Position numbers and translations under genes: made by a program
Notes under the pieces: generated by a model
The model's input: only the letters and a program-made list of their open reading frames with translations
What the model was told of the DNA's origin: nothing
Databases searched by the model: none
Origin: an uncultured Actinomycetota bacterium
GTDB taxonomy: Bacteria > Actinomycetota > Actinomycetes > JAHEKZ01
Reading direction: 5' to 3'
Assembly (NCBI GenBank): GCA_963743915.1
Contig: CAVURN010000001.1
Span: forward strand, 352,001 to 416,000
DNA: 64,000 nucleotides
Shown: positions 20,776 through 29,399 of the stretch, piece by piece
Layout: each line of letters starts with the position of its first letter
How positions within the stretch are numbered: position 1 is the stretch's first letter

Positions 20776-21747
20776 GTGGCCGTGACGTCGTCGAACTCCG
20801 GCGCTCCGCTGGTGACGAAGCGCGCCTCGGCCGAGCGTGAGTGGCGCAGCCCTCGTCCGGTCGACCTGCGCTCGGTCATGGCGCCCTTGCGACGCGGCGG
20901 ACGCGACCCCGCCCTTCGCATCACGACGGACGGCGTCTGGTGGGCCACCTCGACCCCCGACGGCCCCGGGACGCTGCTGCTGCGCACCAGGGCCGTCGAC
21001 GGCGCCGTGCGGGCGAGTGCCTGGGGATCGGGTGCGCGGTGGCTGCTCGACGGCCTCCCGATCCTGCTGGGGGAAGGGGACGACCAGGCGGGCTTCGTTC
21101 CGACGCATCCCGTGGTGGCCAAGGCGTGGGCCCGGTTCAAGGGATGGCGCCTGCTGCGGACACGACGCCCCTTCGACGCCGCCGTCGCCGCGGTCATCGA
21201 GCAGAAGGTGACCGGTCTCGAGGCCCGCACCGCCTGGCGCGTCCTGCTCCGGCGTTTCGGCGAGCCGGCCCCGGGCACCGCAGACGGTGCAGACGTCCCG
21301 CCCGATATCCGGGTTCCGCCGTCGCCGGCGGTCTGGCGCGAGATCCCCGACTGGGAGCTTCGCGCCGCGGGAGTGACACCGCAGCGCATCCGCACCCTCC
21401 GCGTCGTCGCGGCGGCGTCCGCTGCCATCGAACGCACCGCGGACGCGTCCGGCGCCAGTGCTGACTCCGTGCTTCGGGCCCTGCCCGGCGTCGGGGCCTG
21501 GACCTCTGCCGAGGTGCGGCAACGCGCGCACGGCGACGCCGACGCGGTCTCCTTCGGCGACTTCCATGTCGCCCGGGACGTCTGCTGGTGGCTGACCGGA
21601 ACGCTCGGTGACGACGAGCAGATGCGCAGCCTTCTGCAGCCCTATGCCGGACACCGCTACCGGGTGCAGCGACTGATGGAGCTGTCCGGTGCCGGCGCTC
21701 CGCGCCGTGGACCTCGGTTCGCACCGCCGCAGCATCGACGCTGGTGA
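20776..21747 (+). CDS. DNA-3-methyladenine glycosylase II family (HhH-GPD) protein
   Basis: RRGGRDP, VIEQKVTG, FGEPAPG, HhH motif LPGVGAWT, DAVSFGDFH, PYAGHRYR. Confidence 0.88.
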   Translation: MAVTSSNSGAPLVTKRASAEREWRSPRPVDLRSVMAPLRRGGRDPALRITTDGVWWATSTPDGPGTLLLRTRAVDGAVRASAWGSGARWLLDGLPILLGEGDDQAGFVPTHPVVAKAWARFKGWRLLRTRRPFDAAVAAVIEQKVTGLEARTAWRVLLRRFGEPAPGTADGADVPPDIRVPPSPAVWREIPDWELRAAGVTPQRIRTLRVVAAASAAIERTADASGASADSVLRALPGVGAWTSAEVRQRAHGDADAVSFGDFHVARDVCWWLTGTLGDDEQMRSLLQPYAGHRYRVQRLMELSGAGAPRRGPRFAPPQHRRW

Positions 21748-21767
21748 CGTCGTCGCGCCGACAGCTG

Positions 21768-23045
21768 TCAGGGGGGTGCCAGGGGCCAGTGCGGCGTTGC
21801 CGGCCCCGTGGTCCCGAGCTCCCCTTGGGGCGAACGAAAGGTCACCGCGCCGTCGGCACCGGATGGGCCGACCGTGATCTGCCACGCATCGTCATGAGCT
21901 GCTCGGTGGTGAAAGCCGCAGAGCAGGAGTCCGTTGGCAAGGTCGGTGTGGCCGCCCGCATGCCAGGGATGGATGTGGTGCGCATGGGTCCAGGGAGCTC
22001 GGCATCCAGGAAAGCGACATCCGCGATCTCGGGCCCAGAGCGCTTTCCGCTGAGTGGGTGTGAACAGCCGCTGGGTGCGTCCCACGTCCAGAACGCGGCC
22101 GCTGCGTTCCTGGACGACGGTCACGACGGCTGAGTCGCAGAGGATGCGCGTGAAGGCAGGGTCCGGCAGGGGTGTGCCGTCGGGCAGCAGCGCAGGACGC
22201 CACGACGACACTGCGTCGGGACCGGACTGGGGGGCGTCGTGAATCGGCACGAACGACTCGGGAGTGCAGCTGACGAGGATCTGGGGTCGCAGGCCGCCGG
22301 AGACAGGCAGTCCCGGCTGCTGTGCCGACCGTTGCACTGCATCGATCAGCGCGTCGTAGCGTCGCTGTGCCGGCGTACGTGAGTCGTCCGAGGACACGGG
22401 CCCGCCGGTGGCGTCGAGAACGGCCTGCAGCAGCGCCCCGCCTTCCGCCTCGGCGAGGACCTCGAGCCGGTACATGCCATCGAGCAGGGGAGTGAGCGAT
22501 GCTCGCCGGGCGGTGAGCTGGCGTTCGAAGTCACCGCGGCCGCGGTCGGGGTCGAGCACGTAGCGAAGGTGCCGGGCGGCTTGCCGCAGTCTGCGGGCAT
22601 CCACCTGAGGAGCGAGGTCGAGCAGGAGCTCGACAGCCTGCTCGTGCAGGTGAGCCGGGATGTCACGCAGACTCGCGCTGATGATGCGGACCTGGTCGTA
22701 GCCGATGGATCCATTGGCAGCGGCCTCGGCCACCGGCTGCAGCGGCGCGTCGGCGTGGTACGTGGCGCGTGCTGTCCCGACGTGCCCGCCGGCGTCTGCT
22801 CCCGTCATGTTCAGCAGGTGACGGAGCCAGGCTGTCGTCGATCGAGCACCGTCGAGGACCTGTGCGTCTCCGCACGCGTCCGAAGCGGCCACCGTCGCGT
22901 CGAAAGCGACCTCGAGTGCGGTGACCGCCTGGCGAAGTGAGCGGAGACGGTCACGACGCTCGGCGGCGCTGAGCGATCGGGGATCGACCGCCCGCACACC
23001 CGAGACGGCGGCGTCGAGCGCCGAGATGTCGGGGGTGGGCTGCAC
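21768..23045 (-). CDS. DUF222 (13E12-repeat family) HNH endonuclease
   Basis: DSRTPAQRRYDAL, RILCDS, LDVGRTQRLFT, RDRGCRFPGC, HAHHIHPW, GGHTDLANGLLLCGFHH; GGAGG before GTG. Confidence 0.92.
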   Translation of the reverse strand: MQPTPDISALDAAVSGVRAVDPRSLSAAERRDRLRSLRQAVTALEVAFDATVAASDACGDAQVLDGARSTTAWLRHLLNMTGADAGGHVGTARATYHADAPLQPVAEAAANGSIGYDQVRIISASLRDIPAHLHEQAVELLLDLAPQVDARRLRQAARHLRYVLDPDRGRGDFERQLTARRASLTPLLDGMYRLEVLAEAEGGALLQAVLDATGGPVSSDDSRTPAQRRYDALIDAVQRSAQQPGLPVSGGLRPQILVSCTPESFVPIHDAPQSGPDAVSSWRPALLPDGTPLPDPAFTRILCDSAVVTVVQERSGRVLDVGRTQRLFTPTQRKALWARDRGCRFPGCRAPWTHAHHIHPWHAGGHTDLANGLLLCGFHHRAAHDDAWQITVGPSGADGAVTFRSPQGELGTTGPATPHWPLAPP

Positions 23046-23156
23046 GGAGACCTCCGTCAGAGCGGGCTTGCACTGGGCTGCCCCTGACTGGGGTTTTCGC
23101 CGTGTCGCCCTTGCTCCGTCTGTGCGGTCGGAGCTCGTTTCATCGATCTGGGCCCC

Positions 23157-23178
23157 ACGATAGGTGGGGGGTCTGACA
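23157..23178 (-). promoter_or_regulatory. PafBC-dependent (RecA-NDp) DNA-damage promoter upstream of the DUF222-HNH gene
   Basis: Minus strand reads TGTCAG-ACCCCCCACC-TATCGT, matching TGTCRG-N10-TANNNT exactly in spacing. Confidence 0.75.
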
Positions 23179-23238
23179 GGCTGGTGGGGTCAAATCCGTG
23201 CGTCTCACCCGTCCGTCATACTCGCCCCTGGAGGCACT

Positions 23239-23904
23239 GTGAAACTCCTTCTCACCTCCGGTGGTGTCACGAACCCGAGCATCCGTGCTGCGCTGGTCGA
23301 GCTGCTGGGCAAGCCGATCGCTGAGAGCAACGCTCTGTGCATCCCGACGGCTCAGTGGGGCCATCCCATGTGCGGTCCGACGTCGGTTCGCGACTTCGTG
23401 GCCGGCGATCCGCCCTCGTTCATGACGGGCCTGGGGTGGCTTTCCACCGGCGTCCTGGAGCTCACCGCACTGCCTAGCCTCACCGAGGAGCGCTGGGTGC
23501 CGTGGGTGCAGGAGGCCGACGTGCTGCTGGTGGACGGCGGTGACGCGATGTTCCTGTCGCACTGGATGCGGCAGTCCGGGCTGGCGAACCTGCTGCCGTC
23601 GCTGTCCGACACGGTCTGGGTGGGCGTCAGCGCGGGGAGCATGGTGATGACGCCTCGCATCGGCAAGGACTTCGTGGAATGGCAGCCTTCATCGGGCGAC
23701 CGCACCCTTGGCCTCGTTGACTTCTCGATCTTCCCGCACGTGGGTCACGAGCTGATGCCGGAGAACACCATGGCCGAGGCAGAGCGATGGGCCGCCGACA
23801 TCGAAGGCCCTGCCTACGCCGTGGACGACCAGACAGCGATCGTGGTGGTCGACGACCGGGTCGAGGTCGTCTCCGAAGGACAATGGAAGTTCTTCGCTGA
23901 GTAG
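23239..23904 (+). CDS. Peptidase E (S51) / class I glutamine amidotransferase-like protein
   Basis: KLLLTSGG, CIPTA, VDGGD, nucleophile GVSAGS, IFPH, VVSEGQW; GGAGG before GTG. Confidence 0.88.
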   Translation: MKLLLTSGGVTNPSIRAALVELLGKPIAESNALCIPTAQWGHPMCGPTSVRDFVAGDPPSFMTGLGWLSTGVLELTALPSLTEERWVPWVQEADVLLVDGGDAMFLSHWMRQSGLANLLPSLSDTVWVGVSAGSMVMTPRIGKDFVEWQPSSGDRTLGLVDFSIFPHVGHELMPENTMAEAERWAADIEGPAYAVDDQTAIVVVDDRVEVVSEGQWKFFAE

Positions 23905-23914
23905 GTGCCGGCGG

Positions 23915-25198
23915 CTACATCTCGCGTATCAGCGCATCGATGTCGCGCGGTGCCCGCTCCGACGGTGCCTGCGCAGGCTCCCCCACGGCGACCGCACCCA
24001 TCGGCTGCCAGTCCTCAGGCAGATCCAGCTCGGTCCGGACGACATCCGGGCAGAACAGGGTCGACGAGATCCACGCCGACCCCAGTCCGCGCGTGGAGAG
24101 CGCGACGAGGAAGTTCTCGATGCCGGCGCCCATCGACAGCAGGAACATCGCGTGCTCGGCCTCAGACCGCCGTCGATCCGGGTAGTCGTGCCGACCGGTC
24201 TCGACCAGGCACGGAACCACGACGAGGGGCGCGCGCCGCAGGACGTCGCCGCGCCGCACCCGACGTTCGACCGAGGCGGGGTCGAGTCCGTCGGCGGCAA
24301 GGTCCGCTCGCCACTGCTCCGCCATCGCGTCGAGCAGCGCGGTTCTTCGCCCAGCGTCGGAGAGCACCACGAAGCGCCATGGCGTGGTGTGGTGCGGAGC
24401 GGGTGCGGTGACCGCGTCCTGCACAGCCGCCCGGACGAGCGCGCCGTCGACCGGAGCGTCCGCGAACTCCCGCACGGTGCGGCGGGACCGCAGAACCTCG
24501 AAGGTGCCGAGCGGGAACAGGTCCTCACCCCGTGGCCGGACGAGAGAGGTCGCCCCCGGACCGTCGTCGTCGGTGACCAGGTGTGAGAGCCCACGCACGA
24601 CGGCGACGGGCGTTCCCGCTGCCTTGCCCATCACGAGCTGCGCGGCCCCGGCGATCTCATCGGCCACGGCGGGGAGCGTCGCACTGAGCCGGTGGCCGTT
24701 CCGGTCGAACGTGCCGCGCAGGTCGACGACAGCCTGGAGGCCGGCGGCCCCGATCGCGATGTCCGTCTGCCCGACCCTCCAGGGTCGGCCGGCGGTGTCG
24801 GTCACGAGGACGCCGACCGAGCAGCCGAGCCGCTTCCGCAACGCCCCCCGGAGCCGGACGGCCGACGCGTCGGGGTCGTCGGGGAGCAGGACGACGTTGC
24901 CGTCCTCGACGTTGCTGGCGTCGACGCCTGCGGCAGCGAGCACCAGCCCGTGCCTGGTCTCGACGATCGCCAGGTCGTCACGGCGCGCGACCACGCGGAC
25001 GGTCTCGTCCTCGATCACCGACGCGCGCGACCCACTGGTGACGACCCGACCCTCGGCCTTGCTCACCGCCTTGCTGGACACCACCACGACGTCGCCGTCC
25101 TGCAGCCCTTCGTACGCCACCGCGATCAGCGTCGCGAGGTCGTCGCCGGGGCGGATCTCGCCGATGCCCTCCAGGGCGGTGACGTGGAAGCTGCCCAC
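23915..25198 (-). CDS. fbiB: Coenzyme F420-0:L-glutamate ligase with C-terminal nitroreductase domain
   Basis: [41 protein letters not shown]; [30 protein letters not shown]. Confidence 0.93.
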   Translation of the reverse strand: MGSFHVTALEGIGEIRPGDDLATLIAVAYEGLQDGDVVVVSSKAVSKAEGRVVTSGSRASVIEDETVRVVARRDDLAIVETRHGLVLAAAGVDASNVEDGNVVLLPDDPDASAVRLRGALRKRLGCSVGVLVTDTAGRPWRVGQTDIAIGAAGLQAVVDLRGTFDRNGHRLSATLPAVADEIAGAAQLVMGKAAGTPVAVVRGLSHLVTDDDGPGATSLVRPRGEDLFPLGTFEVLRSRRTVREFADAPVDGALVRAAVQDAVTAPAPHHTTPWRFVVLSDAGRRTALLDAMAEQWRADLAADGLDPASVERRVRRGDVLRRAPLVVVPCLVETGRHDYPDRRRSEAEHAMFLLSMGAGIENFLVALSTRGLGSAWISSTLFCPDVVRTELDLPEDWQPMGAVAVGEPAQAPSERAPRDIDALIREM

Positions 25199-25202
25199 AG
25201 GA

Positions 25203-26186
25203 TCAGCGCCGGACGTCGACGGCAAGGTCGAGGGCTGCGCCGGCGATCGCGGCGGCATCCTCGAGGGTCGTCATCAGCAGCGGACGCGACCGCTGCGCGA
25301 CGCCGACCGGTGCCGGTGCGTGGGCGTCCTGCTCGGCGACCAGCCACCCGTCGAGCAGGCCGCCACCGATCCGGGCGCCGTAGTGGGCGGCCACGGCTGC
25401 CGCGCTCGTCTCGACACCGATGGCCGAGAGGCACGCGTCCGCCATGCCTCGTACGGGTGCGCCGCCGACGATGGGGGAGACGCCGACCACGGGGGCGGCG
25501 GTCATCCGCAGAGTCTCGGCGATCCCAGTGACCTGGAGCACGGCGCCGATGCTCACCACCGGGTTGGAGGGCGGCAGGAGCACCGCGTCGGCGTCGCGGA
25601 TGGCCTCGATCACCCCGGGGGCGGGTTTGGCCTCGGGGGCGCCGAGGAAGACGAACTCCTGGGCCGCGCGAGCCGCGTGCTCGCGGACCCACCACTCCTG
25701 GAAGTGGAGGGCCTGGCGCGCGCCGTTCTCGTCGAGCACCACGACGTGGGTCTCGACCGGGTCGTCGCTCATGGGCAGGAGCCGCACCCCGGGCTGCCAG
25801 CGGGCGCACAACGCAGCCGTGACGTGGGACAGCGACCACCCGGCCCGGAGCATCTGGGTGCGGACGACGTGGGTGGCGAAGTCCCGGTCGCCGAGGGTGA
25901 ACCACTCCGGCGGCACCTCGTAGGCGGCAAGCTCCTCGCGCAGGGTGAAGGTCTCGTCCGCGCGCCCCCAGCCCTGCTCCTCGTCGATCCCTCCGCCCAA
26001 CGTGTACATGACCGTGTCGAGGTCGGGACAGACCCGGAGGCCGAACAGGGTGATGTCGTCCGCGGTGTTGCCGACCACCGTGACCTCGGCGTCCGCCCAC
26101 TCGTCGGTGCGGGACGGGAGGTGGTGGAGCAGTCCGCGCAGGAACCGGGCCGCGCCGATACCCCCTGCCAGTGCGGTGATCTGCAT
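25203..26186 (-). CDS. cofD: 2-phospho-L-lactate/phosphoenolpyruvate transferase (CofD/FbiA)
   Basis: [50 protein letters not shown]. Confidence 0.95.
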   Translation of the reverse strand: MQITALAGGIGAARFLRGLLHHLPSRTDEWADAEVTVVGNTADDITLFGLRVCPDLDTVMYTLGGGIDEEQGWGRADETFTLREELAAYEVPPEWFTLGDRDFATHVVRTQMLRAGWSLSHVTAALCARWQPGVRLLPMSDDPVETHVVVLDENGARQALHFQEWWVREHAARAAQEFVFLGAPEAKPAPGVIEAIRDADAVLLPPSNPVVSIGAVLQVTGIAETLRMTAAPVVGVSPIVGGAPVRGMADACLSAIGVETSAAAVAAHYGARIGGGLLDGWLVAEQDAHAPAPVGVAQRSRPLLMTTLEDAAAIAGAALDLAVDVRR

Positions 26187-26228
26187 GGCAGCATCCTGTC
26201 AGTGAGCACCTCTCGAGATCTGTCGGCC

Positions 26229-27059
26229 ATGGCGACCCGTTGGCGCGAGCACCTGGAGGCCTGGGCGATCCCGCCGGACATCCTGGCGGCGGCGCCGGCC
26301 GACCCCTGGGCGCATCCGGTCAGCCGCTTCGCGGGTCGCGCGGACCGCGCCGTCGCGGAGGCCGACGGGATCTCGTTCGAACGGGCCGCGGAGGTGCTGC
26401 GCCCGTCACCGGGTTCGGTGCTCGACGTCGGTGCCGGTGCGGGTGCCGCCTCACTGCCGCTCCACCCTTGGGCGACCGCGGTGACGGCGGTGGACACCTC
26501 ACCGGACATGCTCGCCGCGTTCCGTGAGCGGGCCGACGGGCTCGGTCTCGAGCACCGCGAGATCGAGGGGCGGTGGCCGGACGCCGCACCGGACACCGGC
26601 GTGCACGACGTCGTGGTCGCGCACCACGTCGTCTTCAACGTGCCCGACCTCGTGCCGTTCCTGCAGGGGCTCGACGCCCACGCCGCGCGTCGGGTCGTGC
26701 TGGAGCTTCCTCCCCACCACCCGCTGTCGTGGATGAACTTCCTGTGGGAGCAGTTCCACGACTTGGCTCGCCCCTCCGGCCCGACGGCGGGGGACGTGGT
26801 CGAGATCCTGAGCGAGCTCGGCTACCCCGACCTGCAGGCGGAGTACTGGATCCGTCACGACCCGTCCGCGGCTGGCGGCGGCGTCGACGAGACGCTCGAG
26901 GAGCGCGCCGCCCAGGTCACCCAGCGCCTGTGTCTGCCACCCGAGCGGGCGCCCGAGGTGGCTGCGGCGATCAAGGACGTCGACGCGGGGTACCACCGGG
27001 ACGTCGTGACGATCAGCTGGACGCCGGGATCAGCACCTCGAAGCGACACCCTCCGCTGA
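26229..27059 (+). CDS. Class I SAM-dependent methyltransferase
   Basis: VLDVGAGAG, AVDTSPDML, HDVVVAHHVVFNV; start ATG 26229 or GTG 26202. Confidence 0.82.
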   Translation: MATRWREHLEAWAIPPDILAAAPADPWAHPVSRFAGRADRAVAEADGISFERAAEVLRPSPGSVLDVGAGAGAASLPLHPWATAVTAVDTSPDMLAAFRERADGLGLEHREIEGRWPDAAPDTGVHDVVVAHHVVFNVPDLVPFLQGLDAHAARRVVLELPPHHPLSWMNFLWEQFHDLARPSGPTAGDVVEILSELGYPDLQAEYWIRHDPSAAGGGVDETLEERAAQVTQRLCLPPERAPEVAAAIKDVDAGYHRDVVTISWTPGSAPRSDTLR

Positions 27060-28026
27060 CGTTCGCGACACGTACCTCACCGTCGTGGGCGACGACGATG
27101 CCGCGGACGATTGCCAGACCAAGGCCGGCTCCACTCTCGCCCGGGGTTCGCGCCTGGTCGCCGCGGTACCCGGCTTCGAAGACGCGCGCGAGCTCAGCGT
27201 CCGGGATCCCGCCGCACGCGTCGGTCACCGTCACCGTCGCCGTGCCGTCCACGACGGACGCGGTGACCTGCACCGTGCCGTCGTCGGGCGTGTGCCGGAT
27301 GGCGTTGCCGATCAGGTTGGCGATGGCGCGACGCAGCTCGCGCTCGTCCGCGGCAATGGTGTCGCCGGTTCCTGGCTCGGCTTCCGCCGCCAGACGCACC
27401 CCCCGGGCGGCGGCCAGGGGCGCAGCCGCGGCGACGACGTCGCCCACGACGTCGGTGAGCGAGATCTGCTCGCGGACAAGCCGCAGCGCACCGGCGTTGA
27501 TCCGGGAGAGCTCGAAGAGGTCGTCCACCATCCCGGTGAGCCGGTCGACCTCGGTCCGCAGCTGGCGGTGGTACCGCTCAGGATCAGGTGCCACCCCGTC
27601 CTCGAGCGCCTCGGTCATCGCCCGCATCCCGGCCAGGGGCGTCCGAAGGTCGTGGGAGATCCAGGCCACCAGCTCACGGCGGGTCCGCTCGGCCTCGTCG
27701 GCGCGCGCCCGATCTTCGGCGAGCTCACGCGAGTGCCGCTCGAGCTGGTCTACGCGCCGGGCGAGCACCAGCCCGGTCACCACCGCGACGACGCCGGCCG
27801 CAGCGCAGATGACGAGCACCACGCCGAGGTCGTGTGAGGAGAGGAACATCCGCTGGGCCGTGGCGACCACACCGACCACGACCGCGACGACCGCGGTGAC
27901 AGGTGCGAGCCACGCGAGCGTGCGTGCCGACCGTCGGCCCAGCAGATGCAGCACACCCAGCCCGATGGCCCCGACGACGGCGCTGCTCACCACGGCGGTC
28001 AGAGCCACGGCGAGCCAGGGGTTCAC
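27013..28026 (-). CDS. Sensor histidine kinase with membrane-embedded N-terminus
   Basis: ISHDLRTPL, NLIGNAIRHT, DACGGIP, GAGLGLAI. Confidence 0.92.
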   Translation of the reverse strand: MNPWLAVALTAVVSSAVVGAIGLGVLHLLGRRSARTLAWLAPVTAVVAVVVGVVATAQRMFLSSHDLGVVLVICAAAGVVAVVTGLVLARRVDQLERHSRELAEDRARADEAERTRRELVAWISHDLRTPLAGMRAMTEALEDGVAPDPERYHRQLRTEVDRLTGMVDDLFELSRINAGALRLVREQISLTDVVGDVVAAAAPLAAARGVRLAAEAEPGTGDTIAADERELRRAIANLIGNAIRHTPDDGTVQVTASVVDGTATVTVTDACGGIPDAELARVFEAGYRGDQARTPGESGAGLGLAIVRGIVVAHDGEVRVANVSGGCRFEVLIPASS

Positions 28027-28787
28027 GTCGTCACCTCGCTCGGGTCCCACCGGTAGCCGACACCCCAGACCGTCATGAGCCGGCACGGGGCAGTGGTGTC
28101 GGGCTCGACCTTCTCGCGCAGTCGTCGGACGTGCACGGTGACCGTTGACTGGTCGCCGAACGACCAGCCCCAGACCTGCTCCATCAGCTCAGCGCGGGTG
28201 AACGCGCGACCGGTGTTGGCCAGCAGGAATGCGAGCAGGTCGAACTCCCTGCTGGTCAGGGGGAGCGGTTCCCCTGCGCGCATGGCGGTGTGCGCCGCGG
28301 TGTCGAGGACGAGGTCTCCGTCGCGGAGGACTCGGTGGTGAGGTGTCGCCGCAGGCGCAGCGGAGTCACGGGCAGCGCGGCGCAGAACCGACTGCACGCG
28401 CAGCACGAGCTCGCGCGGGCTGAACGGCTTGGTGACGTAGTCGTCGGCGCCGACCTCGAGCCCCAGGACGCGGTCGACCTCGTCGCCGAGGGCGGTCAGC
28501 ATGATGACCGGCACATCGGACGTGGCTCGGAGGCGGCGGCACACCTCGAGCCCGTCCAGGTCCGGCAGCATCAGGTCGAGCACGACGAGGTCGGGGGCGG
28601 CCGCGGCGAAAGCGGACAGCGCCGACGACCCGTCCCCGGCGTGGACGGCGTGCAGACCCGCCCGTTCGAGGTAGGTGACCACCACCTCGGCCACCGTCGG
28701 GTCGTCGTCCACCACGAGAACCGTCGTCGTTCGCCCGACCTCGGTGCCTGCCTGGCCCGCGAGGTCGTCCTGCGGTGGCCTGCTCAC
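28023..28787 (-). CDS. OmpR-family response regulator
   Basis: VLVVDDD, LDLMLP, GADDYVTKPFSPREL, VTVHVRRLREK, TVWGVGY; leaderless GTG after TACCCT. Confidence 0.94.
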   Translation of the reverse strand: MSRPPQDDLAGQAGTEVGRTTTVLVVDDDPTVAEVVVTYLERAGLHAVHAGDGSSALSAFAAAAPDLVVLDLMLPDLDGLEVCRRLRATSDVPVIMLTALGDEVDRVLGLEVGADDYVTKPFSPRELVLRVQSVLRRAARDSAAPAATPHHRVLRDGDLVLDTAAHTAMRAGEPLPLTSREFDLLAFLLANTGRAFTRAELMEQVWGWSFGDQSTVTVHVRRLREKVEPDTTAPCRLMTVWGVGYRWDPSEVTT

Positions 28788-28833
28788 GGCGTCAGGGTAC
28801 GTCCGGGGCGCCGCGAGCAGGCCGGTCCGAAGG

Positions 28834-29259
28834 TCAGCCACCGGCCACCGGGCAGACGAAGTCAGCCGACGGAACGCGGGTGATGGTGATGTGTCCGGCG
28901 GCCTGCGCCGCCAGGACCGCCTCGTCCGAGGTGAGCAGGTACGGCGCTCTGTTCCACGTGACCAAGTGCACGGCCCATCGGCCACCGTGGTAGTTGTCCC
29001 CGGGGGCTACTGCGGTCACTGACAGCTGTCCGGGCACGCCACCGACGACGGGGTAGATGTCATCGACACCCCTGCCCGGCATGCTCGTCGGCGTCGCGAC
29101 CGTGCGCACCGTCGTCCCGTCGTAGAAGAGCCGACCGAAGTTGGCTCCGGAAGGCGTGGTGCTGTCCGCGACGGCCGGAGTGGCACTGACGGCGAGTGGA
29201 GTGACGACGAATGCCGCGGTCATCAGTACCGCGGCGATGGGTCGAGCAGGGAATCTCAT
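28834..29259 (-). CDS. Small secreted hypothetical protein
   Basis: Signal peptide ending AVA, AGGAG RBS, GC-skewed codons; motif YHGGRWAVHLVTW...LLTSDEAV...FVCPV. Confidence 0.75.
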   Translation of the reverse strand: MRFPARPIAAVLMTAAFVVTPLAVSATPAVADSTTPSGANFGRLFYDGTTVRTVATPTSMPGRGVDDIYPVVGGVPGQLSVTAVAPGDNYHGGRWAVHLVTWNRAPYLLTSDEAVLAAQAAGHITITRVPSADFVCPVAGG

Positions 29260-29399
29260 GGGAAGGCTCCTTCTGTTGACGCCGATTCGGACGAGATGAG
29301 CGCTACTGACGCTAGAAAGGCGCCGGCCGGGATCCGAGTGCAGTCCGATGACGGAGTCCTTACCGGTCGATGAACGTCGTCTTGTCCTAGGCTCGGCGC

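Noticed and set aside
23046-23150. c-di-GMP riboswitch or hammerhead ribozyme in the HNH leader
   Set aside because: Only fragmentary resemblance; the conserved cores (GGCAAACC...GCAAAGC, CTGATGA...GAAA) are not present.
24384-26200. N-terminal 600 aa of the 891-aa ORF
   Set aside because: Antisense to fbiB and cofD; only the part from about 26202-26229 is a real methyltransferase.
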